DNA from: an uncultured Gemmatimonadaceae bacterium
GTDB lineage: Bacteria; Gemmatimonadota; Gemmatimonadetes; Gemmatimonadales; Gemmatimonadaceae
Direction of reading: 5' to 3'
Assembly (NCBI GenBank): GCA_966112585.1
Contig: CBHWDN010000017.1
Location: forward strand, 35,135-99,134
Length of the DNA stretch: 64,000 nt
This document shows positions 51,928-61,232 of this stretch, piece by piece; position 1 is the stretch's first letter; the number at the start of each line of letters is the position of its first letter. Below the pieces are notes generated by a model. That model made no database searches. It worked only from the letters and a program-made list of their open reading frames with translations, and was not told where the DNA came from. Position numbers and translations under genes: made by a program.

Positions 51928-52881
51928 CTAGCGAACTCGAATGCGTTGTTCGATGCGGATGTCGAGCAGCATCGGCGCGGAGCTGACCGCGGGTCCCGGC
52001 ACAACTTCCGAGACGACGTCCATCCATGTGCCCGCGTCCATGATCCACGCCCGTACACGATCCACGCGCATACTGCCGCGAATCGTTCCGGCAGTAATCA
52101 CCCGGGTACCCGGCGGCAGTTCGCGTGCCGCTCCATCGCGCCGAAGCTTGCCGGTGATGGAGATCCAGGCCTCACGCCCATTGCGCGTGAGCGAGTCGAG
52201 GCGGAGCTCGGCCTGTACGACCCCGTCGGCGTGATATCCGGTGAGGGGCAGCGACGGGAGTGGCAGTTCGCGCTTCCACACGGCGCCAACGCGAACCGCT
52301 CCGTCCGGAAGCAATCCGGGAAGACTGCCCAGCGTCGCACCAACTTCGCGCGCTCCCGCAGGCGGATCCGCGATGCGCATGGCGCCGTCCGGGGTGACCT
52401 GCACGCGCATACGACGCACATCGGCCGCGAGTGGGACCCGCTGCCAGACCGGCGTAACCGACGGATCGCCGGCCCACATGGCCAACGAGTCGGTGGTGGC
52501 GATGAGCGACGTGCGTTGCAGGTCACTTGATTCAACCAGCGAGTGCGCGAACAGCTGCACACGCGTCATCTGCGCGCGTTCCGCCCGAGGGCCGTACTCG
52601 GGCACGCTGCGGCTCTGTCGTTCGCCGCCGGTGCTCCCCATCGACGATGCTGGCGCACTGTTCGCGTCGCCGCGGCGCGCGCGCATCGTGACCGACTGCT
52701 CCACCTGCAGAAAGAGCGTATCGCCGACGCGCGGTCGCACCACCAGCATGACCGGCGCCGATTGCGCCGACAGCGGTTCCACGACGTCACCTTTGAGTGC
52801 CGCCGCGGCCGTCAGTACGCTGCACGTGGCTATACTGGCGCGCCGCCTCAGGCGCACCGTTCGCTTACCCACCGTATTCAT
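51928..52881 (-). CDS. Hypothetical exported beta-rich protein within the nurA-herA-sbcDC cluster
   Basis: Arg-rich N-terminus plus hydrophobic stretch; overlaps the herA stop by 17 nt; VRVGAVWKRE. Confidence 0.6.
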   Translation of the reverse strand: MNTVGKRTVRLRRRASIATCSVLTAAAALKGDVVEPLSAQSAPVMLVVRPRVGDTLFLQVEQSVTMRARRGDANSAPASSMGSTGGERQSRSVPEYGPRAERAQMTRVQLFAHSLVESSDLQRTSLIATTDSLAMWAGDPSVTPVWQRVPLAADVRRMRVQVTPDGAMRIADPPAGAREVGATLGSLPGLLPDGAVRVGAVWKRELPLPSLPLTGYHADGVVQAELRLDSLTRNGREAWISITGKLRRDGAARELPPGTRVITAGTIRGSMRVDRVRAWIMDAGTWMDVVSEVVPGPAVSSAPMLLDIRIEQRIRVR

Positions 52882-54847
52882 CGCTTCCAAAGGACCGCAG
52901 GGGTCGCGGACGGGCGCTGACCGCCTCGGCTTCCGTCGCCGAAGGCTGCGCGCGTCGTGCGAGTTCGCGGGTAAAGGCTCGCTTCACATCATCGGGGCGC
53001 TGGCGCAATACCGCATTGCGCGCCGCCAGGGCGACGGGCTCGTCGTACAGCAACAGACTTTGCTGGACCCATCCCAGTTCGATGCTGGAGTCGAGACGAC
53101 GCAAATCACGGGTGACCGCCTGCGCAGCCGATGGTTCCGGCGCCTGCGGAAAACGCTCCACTCCCTCGCGACCGGACATCACTGCCGGTCGCGGAAACCG
53201 CACGAACACGGGCTGGGTGAAATGCGGATGTCGCACCATCAGCTGTCCCTTGTCGAGCGTGGCGAGACGTGCTTTCACCGCCGGACTCAACACCTGATAC
53301 CCCGGGTGCGCGAGTTCGTCGGCGTCCATGCGTCCGTACATCGTGGTCGCGGCGTTGCCGGTCACGCGACGATGCACCTGCGAGCGGAATTGCTCCGCAC
53401 CAAAGAGCACGAGCCCCAGATAGCGGCCGCGCTCGGCGATGTCGAGCAGCATCTTGCGCACATACGTATCGGGGCCGTCGTGCGGCGCATATTTGTTGAG
53501 CTCATCCACGAAGACGATGACATGTTCGACGCCGAGGTCACGGCGCTCGAGATGTTCGCGCAAACGGGATACGACACGCGCAAAGACCAGATCCTGCGCG
53601 TCCTCCTCCACATTCGCGACATCCACCACGTACACCGTTCGATCCTCGAAGCTCCCGAACGGAAGGTCCGACGCCAGACCGTCATCCGTCACGAGGCCCG
53701 CGCACCGCGTGGAAAGATTCGACAGGCGGTTACGGACTTTTCGAATCGTTGCCGCATGGTGCGTACGCCACGTGTCACCATTGGACTCCTCGAGCACACG
53801 CAGGACGTCCCGGAACCAGGCATCGAGATCGGCGAAGCTCTGGACGCGGTGCGAGCGTGTGAATCGCGGATCTTCGAAAACGCGCCCCACCACACGTTCC
53901 CGAATGAAATCAATCAGCGCGTCGGCCTTCGCGTCGACATCGTCCTTGTTCAGCAGCACTTCCGCGAACTGCAGGACTTCGGTGAGTCCCCACGTGAGGG
54001 GCGTCACCGATTCGGCGAGGTCCGGATGCGAGCGCAATGTGTTGAGCGCATGCCCGCGCGCCGTGTACGGGGCGAAGTACTGCACGTTCGCGAAGGGCGT
54101 CGCCGGAACATCCAGCAGTTCGTACAACTCGCGATCGGTATCTTCGAGTCGTCCCGGCTGATCAAGAAAACAGAGATCTGGCCCCTTCACATTGAAGCAC
54201 ACCGCGGCCACCCGGCCACGATGGGCGGGAAAGTGCGCGAACGTGGACTGCAGCAGCCACTCCACGGCGCTCGTTTTGGTGGCGAGACCGGAGACACCGG
54301 AGATGTTGAGGTGCGCCGCCTCAGGACCAACCAGAAAATCGGCGTCCACAAAGATCGGTGACTTGATGCCACCGGCGCGATACACACCAATCGGGATTCC
54401 GGTTGGTGCAGCTCCGCCGATGTACGCGTCCATGCGCAACGCGACCGCGACATCATCGTTGTTCGCGAGATACACCGCGCCGAGTGGCACCGGCTGCAGC
54501 GGCTCCTCGGGTACGTGCCGCAGCACATGCGCCGTGTACAGCCGAATCTCGGTGCGCATCGTGGGCACCGGTGGCGAATCGGCTGGCTGCCCATCGTGCC
54601 CCAGCACATCGTGCAACGGCGATTGAAGATCGGCATAGCTCACGCCTTCCACCACCACACCGTAGACACGCGGAATGCTGGCGTCGACGGGAATCGTTCC
54701 CTCGACGCGCACGATAGTGCCGATGCCGATTGGCGCATCGAGCGCGGTCCAGAAGTGAAACTCGTGCGGTGTATTTGGCTTGCGCTCGGTCGCCACCACT
54801 CGACCGAGTGGTCGTGCGGTGGCCGCAGCGGCGGTCGTTTCTCTCAT
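52865..54847 (-). CDS. herA: HerA-like ATPase/DNA translocase
   Basis: N-terminal HAS-barrel-like region, SGVSGLATKT Walker A variant, FNVKG.DL, VFVDELNKYAP, DIAERGR..G. Confidence 0.85.
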   Translation of the reverse strand: MRETTAAAATARPLGRVVATERKPNTPHEFHFWTALDAPIGIGTIVRVEGTIPVDASIPRVYGVVVEGVSYADLQSPLHDVLGHDGQPADSPPVPTMRTEIRLYTAHVLRHVPEEPLQPVPLGAVYLANNDDVAVALRMDAYIGGAAPTGIPIGVYRAGGIKSPIFVDADFLVGPEAAHLNISGVSGLATKTSAVEWLLQSTFAHFPAHRGRVAAVCFNVKGPDLCFLDQPGRLEDTDRELYELLDVPATPFANVQYFAPYTARGHALNTLRSHPDLAESVTPLTWGLTEVLQFAEVLLNKDDVDAKADALIDFIRERVVGRVFEDPRFTRSHRVQSFADLDAWFRDVLRVLEESNGDTWRTHHAATIRKVRNRLSNLSTRCAGLVTDDGLASDLPFGSFEDRTVYVVDVANVEEDAQDLVFARVVSRLREHLERRDLGVEHVIVFVDELNKYAPHDGPDTYVRKMLLDIAERGRYLGLVLFGAEQFRSQVHRRVTGNAATTMYGRMDADELAHPGYQVLSPAVKARLATLDKGQLMVRHPHFTQPVFVRFPRPAVMSGREGVERFPQAPEPSAAQAVTRDLRRLDSSIELGWVQQSLLLYDEPVALAARNAVLRQRPDDVKRAFTRELARRAQPSATEAEAVSARPRPLRSFGSDEYGG

Positions 54848-54852
54848 GTCGA

Positions 54853-55872
54853 TCAGGAACCCAGCACAGCGTGGAGGTACGATTCGACCGCGTGCACACC
54901 ATACGCCAGGGTGTCCCAGCGGGAGTCGGGAGGCGAAACCGGTGATCGTTCCAACAGGATACCCGCCGAGAGTCGATCGACGCGCGCCACGAAGTTGGTG
55001 AGATCATCAGTTGCCGGCGGGGCGATTTCAACGCGAACAAGTCCAAAGAGCGGATCGGCGTTCGTCGCGTCGCGCAGCCGAAGATACCAACTTGCGACAG
55101 CGCGATCCGCGGCGCGGCCAACCAGAAAGACGGGCGATCGCTCGCCCGCGCGCAGCGACAACGTCGCCGACACGGCACCGCCATCACCGTAGAGCGTGTT
55201 GTGCGACTTGATCACACCAAAGGCGCGTGCGGATTCGTCGACGGCGAGGTTGCCGGCGATGCCGCCGTCGATCCACAGCCAACCGTCGGTCGTGTGCTGC
55301 TGCTCCACCCACGCGGCCGCAAGCTGTCGTTCGAGACGCTCGCGCGCCTGCGCCACCAACTCGAGTGCCCGACTGCGCAGCGCATGCGGATGGACCACCG
55401 ACAGCGCGGCGGACGCACTCGTGTGCTCGGCGGTGCTATCGATCAGGAGCAGGCCGCTCGATTCCAACTGCGCCCACGCGTCCTCGCCGATTCGCGCGCG
55501 AGGCACCAGCAGTTGATGCTCGACGCGCGGCGCCTGCCAGGTGCGCAATTGCCGGTTGACCCTCTCGCGCACCGCTGCGGCGACACTGGCGAATACAACC
55601 GGGGCGAGGCCAATGTGTCCCAACAAGCGGCTGCGTTGGACGCCATCGAGAAAGGCAACGACCAATGGCTCCGACGCCATTGCCATCGCGCGCGTGGCCG
55701 GTGGCTCGAGCGGCGTGCAGGCCGCTACGACCGGCACATCAGCAAAGGCGAGTCCCGCCCGCTCGAGCGACGGCCCGTCCGGCGCAGGTGAGCCGTGACG
55801 CAGCAAGGGCCTGAGGGCGCGCAGGGCGTCGGTCAGGGACGCCGGTGACGAAGGGGATGACACGACAGTCAC
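54853..55872 (-). CDS. nurA: NurA-like nuclease
   Basis: FLDGVQR, WIDGGI, GVIKSH, L..GERSPVF, SWYLRL, RWDT..YGV..VE.YL; start approximate. Confidence 0.75.
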   Translation of the reverse strand: MTVVSSPSSPASLTDALRALRPLLRHGSPAPDGPSLERAGLAFADVPVVAACTPLEPPATRAMAMASEPLVVAFLDGVQRSRLLGHIGLAPVVFASVAAAVRERVNRQLRTWQAPRVEHQLLVPRARIGEDAWAQLESSGLLLIDSTAEHTSASAALSVVHPHALRSRALELVAQARERLERQLAAAWVEQQHTTDGWLWIDGGIAGNLAVDESARAFGVIKSHNTLYGDGGAVSATLSLRAGERSPVFLVGRAADRAVASWYLRLRDATNADPLFGLVRVEIAPPATDDLTNFVARVDRLSAGILLERSPVSPPDSRWDTLAYGVHAVESYLHAVLGS

Positions 55873-55979
55873 GACGGGGAGGCTATCGCGCCCTGTCCCG
55901 CGACACAACGGCATTCCGTTATCGGCCGCCGATGGACTTCCGGCCCTGGCTCCACGAAACTGACTCTGTGATGATTTCC

Positions 55980-56942
55980 ATGACCGCTTGCCTTCGCGCG
56001 CATCGCCCGTCGCGCCAACGACTACTCGCACTGCTCGCGCTGCCTTTGCTGGCCGCCTGCGACAGTATCAAACAGCGACTCAATCCTCCCACCGGTGATC
56101 CCGTGTGGCAGGGAGATAGCGCGCTGGTCGTTGGTCATCCGGACGTGCTGTATCGCGTGCTGCGCGACAAGGCGGGCACGAAGATCATCCCCATCGCGAC
56201 CGGCGGCTCGACCGGTTTCGAGCCGATGCTGATGAGCGATCGCGGGTGGCGCCTTCTCGATCTCGAGTACATGAGCAGCAGCAAGTCCGTGGTTCCGATT
56301 CGTGGCGGCACATTGCTCCCCGCGGTCTCGATCACACGCGGTATGTGGGAGGGCGCGCCGCTCGACACGATTCAGGGATGCGCGGTGATGCCGCCGGCGG
56401 CGCTGGTGAACATCCCCGCCGACGTGCAGCTCGTGGCGAGCGGCGACAAGCTGCGCGCGCCCGACGTCACGCCGCTCGATGCGTCGGCCCGCGAAACGGC
56501 GATCTCGAGCATCGCCACGCTCATCGCCCCGTCGGCGGGAATTGCACCGTCGATCATCGGCAGGTACACCCGCAACGTGTACGTCGTCCCCACCGGCGCG
56601 TCGCGCACCGAAACGATCGTGGTGACGTACGACGATCCGGAGTCACTTGCCGATAGTATTCCGCCGATCGCGCAGCGGCCGCGTCAGCTCATCGTCGTGC
56701 TCGACAAGGGCGTCTATGGCTTCAAGCCGACCTATGTCTTCAAGACCGTCGGCAACGCCAAGGATCAGCCGCGTCGTCGTTTTCTTGGTGCGTTCGATGC
56801 CGATCGCGATGGAAAGGCCGAGCTCTTCTTCGGGCTACAGGACCCGAAGTACCTGCTGATCACCTACGCGATCAAGTGGGAGATCGACGCTTGGCACGAG
56901 GGCTTCAAGTACGAACGCTTCCGCTGTCACGCGGGACAGTAA
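55980..56942 (+). CDS. Hypothetical lipoprotein
   Basis: Lipobox LLAAC; DADRDGKAEL calcium-binding-like motif. Confidence 0.7.
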   Translation: MTACLRAHRPSRQRLLALLALPLLAACDSIKQRLNPPTGDPVWQGDSALVVGHPDVLYRVLRDKAGTKIIPIATGGSTGFEPMLMSDRGWRLLDLEYMSSSKSVVPIRGGTLLPAVSITRGMWEGAPLDTIQGCAVMPPAALVNIPADVQLVASGDKLRAPDVTPLDASARETAISSIATLIAPSAGIAPSIIGRYTRNVYVVPTGASRTETIVVTYDDPESLADSIPPIAQRPRQLIVVLDKGVYGFKPTYVFKTVGNAKDQPRRRFLGAFDADRDGKAELFFGLQDPKYLLITYAIKWEIDAWHEGFKYERFRCHAGQ

Positions 56943-56953
56943 CTGGCGGGCGG

Positions 56954-57232
56954 CTATTCGACGCCGATATCCCACGCCTGCTCGAGATCCTTCTTGCTGT
57001 ACGCGCGAAACGCCGTGAGCGTCTGCGTGCGAATGATCCCCGGCACTTCGGCGAATTCCTGAGTGACGACCTGTGCGATCTGATCGAGATCGGGGACGCG
57101 GACAATCGCCACGAGATCCCACGCGCCAGAGACGGAGTAGACCTCACTCACCCCACCGATTCCGGCGAGTTTGACTGCGCAGGCGGTGATATGCTTGGGG
57201 TCGGCCTGAATGAGAACGATGGTCGTGATCAT
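56954..57232 (-). CDS. Stand-alone Lrp/AsnC ligand-binding domain protein
   Basis: VSEVYSVSGAWDLVAIVR, GIIRTQT. Confidence 0.85.
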   Translation of the reverse strand: MITTIVLIQADPKHITACAVKLAGIGGVSEVYSVSGAWDLVAIVRVPDLDQIAQVVTQEFAEVPGIIRTQTLTAFRAYSKKDLEQAWDIGVE

Positions 57233-57246
57233 GCCGCGTACTCCGG

Positions 57247-58437
57247 TCAGGCGGTGAGACAGCGAGCCATGCGCGTCACTCCATCAACGGCAATCGACTC
57301 GGTGGTAGCATAGCTGGCGCGTACCCAGTTCGGCGTCAGGAAGGCGCTCCCTGGAACACACGCGACCTGATGTTCATCGAGCACCGCCGCTGCGAACGCA
57401 GCACCAGGATCAGCGGCGCCACGGAAGCCTTCGACGTTGACGTATACATAGAATGCGCCGGCCGGATAGACGTACTTCACATCCGGGAAGGCGTTGAGCG
57501 CACCCACCACAGCATCACGGCGCTGACGGAACGACGCTACCATTTCGTTCACGGCCGCGTCGGCTTCCGCCACGCGTGACATCGCCGCGAGCGTCGCGTA
57601 CTGCGAAATGGTGCACGCGTTCGAGGTGGTGTGGCCCTGGAACGATGTCATCGCCTTGCTCACGGACACCGGCGCAATGGTCCAACCGATGCGCCAACCG
57701 GTCATCGCGTACGCCTTCGCGACACCGTTTACGACAATGAGATTCTCGCGTGTCGGCGCGAGCTCGAGCGACGATCTCGCGCCGTGCTCGTACGCGATGC
57801 GGAGATAGATCTCATCGGCGATCATCCACCACCCGCGTTCCGCCGCCAGCGTGAGAATCGCTCGCAGCTCCCCTGCTCTATACACCGCGCCCGTGGGATT
57901 GCTCGGCGAGCACAACATCACTCCCTTCGTACGCGGCGTGGCGGCCGCCGCGAGCATGTCGGCGGTGACCTTGAGCGAATTCGCCGAATCACCGAACACC
58001 GGTACCGCAGTGGCGCGTGCGAGCTCGATCATTTCGTAGTAGCTCATCCACGCCGGTGTCGGCACGAGCACTTCGTCACCGGGACCGAAGCAGCAGACGC
58101 ACGCATTGAAGAGCGACTGCTTCGACCCGTTCGAAACCACGATCTCGTTCGCCGTGACCGGCACACCCTGCGCCTGCAACCGATTCGCATCCGCCGCGAT
58201 CGCCTCGCGCAGCGGCAAGATCCCTTCGGTGGAGGTGTAGTGGGTGTGTCCCGCCTTGATCGCCTCTTCCGCCGCTTCGCGAATGAAGGCCGGCGTGTCG
58301 AAGTCGGGCTCACCGGCGCCCAGGTCGATCACCGGTTTGCCGGCCGCTCGCAGTGCGCGCGCCTTGGCCGCGACCGCGAGGGTGGCAGACTCCTTCAGAC
58401 TCGCGATGTTGGCAGACGGCGTGAACAGCAGCGACAT
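57247..58437 (-). CDS. aspC: Aspartate aminotransferase (class I/II PLP)
   Basis: GEPDFDTP, SPSNPTG, DEIY, GVAKAYAMTGWRIG, GAFY. Confidence 0.9.
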   Translation of the reverse strand: MSLLFTPSANIASLKESATLAVAAKARALRAAGKPVIDLGAGEPDFDTPAFIREAAEEAIKAGHTHYTSTEGILPLREAIAADANRLQAQGVPVTANEIVVSNGSKQSLFNACVCCFGPGDEVLVPTPAWMSYYEMIELARATAVPVFGDSANSLKVTADMLAAAATPRTKGVMLCSPSNPTGAVYRAGELRAILTLAAERGWWMIADEIYLRIAYEHGARSSLELAPTRENLIVVNGVAKAYAMTGWRIGWTIAPVSVSKAMTSFQGHTTSNACTISQYATLAAMSRVAEADAAVNEMVASFRQRRDAVVGALNAFPDVKYVYPAGAFYVYVNVEGFRGAADPGAAFAAAVLDEHQVACVPGSAFLTPNWVRASYATTESIAVDGVTRMARCLTA

Positions 58438-58660
58438 GACGACGGCGTCATAAAGGATGATTTTCCGGCACGGAGCGGCTAGCTTGTCCGGACGGCCGGC
58501 GGGCAGGTTGCCCAGTCCGGTCGATAGTCAGCCGCAATTAAGCGCACCCCGCAGGGGTGCGCCACGCAACGGAACGCGTGGCGGTTGAGAGGCGTCATGG
58601 GACGCGGAGACCCGGACCGCTGGGCGGTCGGGCATTACTGACAATTGACGGGAGCAGGCC

Positions 58661-60616
58661 GTGAGCGAGCAGGAACGGGAAGAGACGTCGCCAGGGGCGA
58701 CGCGTAGCCAGCACGTGGTGCTGATGGGACCCGCCGATGTGCGGATGATGACGGCGGCCATGCGGCCGGGCGTCGAACGTAGCCGTGAGGGGGGCGCTGA
58801 AGCCGCTCCTACCTGCCTGGTGATCACGCCAACTCCCGATCAGGCGCTTACCGCGGCCGATCAGGCCCGTCGCCTTCTGGCTGATGAGAGCGCCCGCGTG
58901 GTACCCGTTTCTGGCGTGACGCGTGCCCGCCGAGTGCTCGGCGCTGCCCCAGTTGCTGTCGCGACCGGCACCGCTGGTGATCTGTTGGCATTGCGTAAGG
59001 ATGCGTCGCTCGATCTGCAGCAGCTCCAGACGGTCGTCATCATCGGCCTCGATGATATCATCGCCAATCATGGCATCGACACACTGCAGGCACTGCTTGG
59101 TGATGCGCCGGATGATGTGAGCCGTGTCGCGACGATCGAGGTGGAGTCGCCGGAAACGGACGCATTCCTCGAAGCGCAGATGCACCGCGCCCGTCGTATC
59201 GCGCCGCCGCTCGTTGGTGATTCGCCGCTCGCGGTGACGCCGCGTTTCGTGATCACGTCGGCCGCCGGCCGCGCCGAGGCACTGCGCGCAGTGCTCGACG
59301 AAAGCGATCCGCCATCGATCGCCATTGTTGCGAACAGCGACCTTGGCATCCAGCAAGCCACGGATGCGCTTACGCGCCTTGGTCTCGCCGTCGATGGCCT
59401 GCTGGTGCAGGTGGTGCGTCAACCCACCGCGCAGCACGTCGCGATGACGGTGTTGTGGGAAGCGCCCACGACCTTTGAATCATTGCTCGAAGCACTCGCG
59501 CTGCGTCCAGTGGACGCTGTCGCGCTGTTGTTGCCCGATGAACTTCCGGCGTTCCGTCGCATGACGCACGGCCTCGCCGAAGCGTGGACGCCGGCGCCGC
59601 GCAAGGCGAGCGCGGAAGACCGCGTGCAGCAGCTGCGCACGGCAGTGCGCTCGACCTTGCTCAACGGTGGTGCCACGGCGAGCGAACTCGCACTGCTCAC
59701 GCCGCTGCTCGACGCGCACGATGCGCTCGAGATCGCCTGCGCCGCGCTTCGTTTGTATGAAGGCGCCAAGCGCGATGTTGCGGCGACCAAGGCGCGTGCC
59801 GCTGCAGCGGGGGCCAAGCCCACCGCCACGCGCGACCAGCGCACCGACAGCGCGTCACCCTCCGCCGGCAAGAAGCGTGTGTTCTTGGCCGCGGGTAAGC
59901 GTGACAACGTGCGCGTTGGCGATATCGTGGGCGCCATTGCCAACGAAGCGGGCGTGCCGGGTGACCGCATCGGACAGGTCGAACTGTTCGAATCGCACGC
60001 CACCGTCGAACTGTCCGATGAGGATGCGGCGACGGTAGTGTCGGCGCTTGGCAGCGCCACGCTGCGTGGCCGTCGCTTGAGCGCACGTATCGACGAACGC
60101 AGCGGTGGTGATCGTGGCGATCGCGGTGGTGACCGTGGTGGTCGTTCGTTCGGTGGCCCGCGTGGTGATCGTGGTGGCGATCGTGGTGGCGATCGTGGTG
60201 GCGATCGTGGTGGCGATCGCGGCGAGCGTCCCCGCTTCGGCGGCGGCGATCGTCCGCGCTTCGGCGGCGGGAGTGGCGGTGACCGGCCGCGCTCCGGTGG
60301 CGGCGGTGGCGACCGCCCGCGGTTTGGCGGCGGTGACCGTTCGGGCTCGCGCGGCGAGCGTCCGGCGCGCAGCTTCGACCGCGGTGATGATCGTGGAGAG
60401 CGTGGCGGTGACCGCGGTGGAGATCGCGGCGGTCGTGGCTTCGGCGGTCCGCGCGGCGGCGGCGGTGGTCGTCCGGTGCGTGCCGACGAAGAGCGTCGCG
60501 CCTTCGGTGATCGCCCCATTCGTGAGCGTACTGAGAATCGTGCTGAGTGGTCGGAGCGCGCGGATCGCCTGAAGCATGCGAAGCGTCGTCCGTTCGGCCA
60601 GGACAACCAGGAGTAA
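58661..60616 (+). CDS. Degenerate DeaD/CsdA-like helicase with intact DbpA RNA-binding domain and RGG/GGDR tail
   Basis: ITPTPDQA (Ia), GTAGDL (Ib), IIGLDD in place of DEAD, no GKT; DbpA-like GKRDNVRVGDIVGAIANE.G. Confidence 0.75.
   Translation: MSEQEREETSPGATRSQHVVLMGPADVRMMTAAMRPGVERSREGGAEAAPTCLVITPTPDQALTAADQARRLLADESARVVPVSGVTRARRVLGAAPVAVATGTAGDLLALRKDASLDLQQLQTVVIIGLDDIIANHGIDTLQALLGDAPDDVSRVATIEVESPETDAFLEAQMHRARRIAPPLVGDSPLAVTPRFVITSAAGRAEALRAVLDESDPPSIAIVANSDLGIQQATDALTRLGLAVDGLLVQVVRQPTAQHVAMTVLWEAPTTFESLLEALALRPVDAVALLLPDELPAFRRMTHGLAEAWTPAPRKASAEDRVQQLRTAVRSTLLNGGATASELALLTPLLDAHDALEIACAALRLYEGAKRDVAATKARAAAAGAKPTATRDQRTDSASPSAGKKRVFLAAGKRDNVRVGDIVGAIANEAGVPGDRIGQVELFESHATVELSDEDAATVVSALGSATLRGRRLSARIDERSGGDRGDRGGDRGGRSFGGPRGDRGGDRGGDRGGDRGGDRGERPRFGGGDRPRFGGGSGGDRPRSGGGGGDRPRFGGGDRSGSRGERPARSFDRGDDRGERGGDRGGDRGGRGFGGPRGGGGGRPVRADEERRAFGDRPIRERTENRAEWSERADRLKHAKRRPFGQDNQE
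60170..60217 (+). repeat. Four exact 12-bp tandem units CGTGGTGGCGAT (RGGD) within a longer imperfect coding repeat (~60100-60470)
   Basis: Read directly from the sequence. Confidence 0.9.
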
Positions 60617-60619
60617 CTC

Positions 60620-61231
60620 GTGCAGGGCAGTTTCCAGGCGTCGGGCGGCTGGATCGAGGTGGTGGCGGGCGTGATGTTCAGCGGGAAGTCGGAAGAACTC
60701 CTGCGTCGCATCCGTCGCGCCATCATCGCGAGAAAGCGTGTGCAGGTCTTCAAGTCGCACCTGGATGATCGGTACGCCGGTCTCTGGGCCGTCTCGAGTC
60801 ACGACAAGCGCTCATTCGAGGCAACGCCGGTGGATTCGTCGTCGCAGATCATGCTGCGTCTCGATCCGATGGCGCAGGTGATTGCCATCGACGAGGCGCA
60901 GTTCCTCGACGCTGGAGTTGTGCAGGTGGCGACGTTGCTCGCAGAACGCGGGCGACGTGTCATCTGCGCCGGAACGGACACCGATTTCCGCGGCGAGCCG
61001 TTCGGCGCCATGCCGCAATTGATGGCGGTCGCCGAAGTGGTGGACAAGCTTCACGCGATCTGCGTGCTCTGTGGTTCACCGGCGAGTCGCAATCAGCGAC
61101 TCATTGAAGGAAAGCCGGCGCCGTACGAATCGCCCACGATCATGGTGGGCGCGGCCGATTCGTACGAAGCGCGCTGCCGCGCATGTCACATCGTTCCGCG
61201 ACGCGACGAAGCGCAGCAACAGCTGTTGTAG
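60620..61231 (+). CDS. tdk: Thymidine kinase
   Basis: [43 protein letters not shown]. Confidence 0.95.
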   Translation: MQGSFQASGGWIEVVAGVMFSGKSEELLRRIRRAIIARKRVQVFKSHLDDRYAGLWAVSSHDKRSFEATPVDSSSQIMLRLDPMAQVIAIDEAQFLDAGVVQVATLLAERGRRVICAGTDTDFRGEPFGAMPQLMAVAEVVDKLHAICVLCGSPASRNQRLIEGKPAPYESPTIMVGAADSYEARCRACHIVPRRDEAQQQLL

Positions 61232-61232
61232 T

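Noticed and set aside
59419-60753. Ser/Pro/Arg-rich repeat ORFs on the minus strand
   Set aside because: Antisense or alternative-frame readings of the GGDR repeat.
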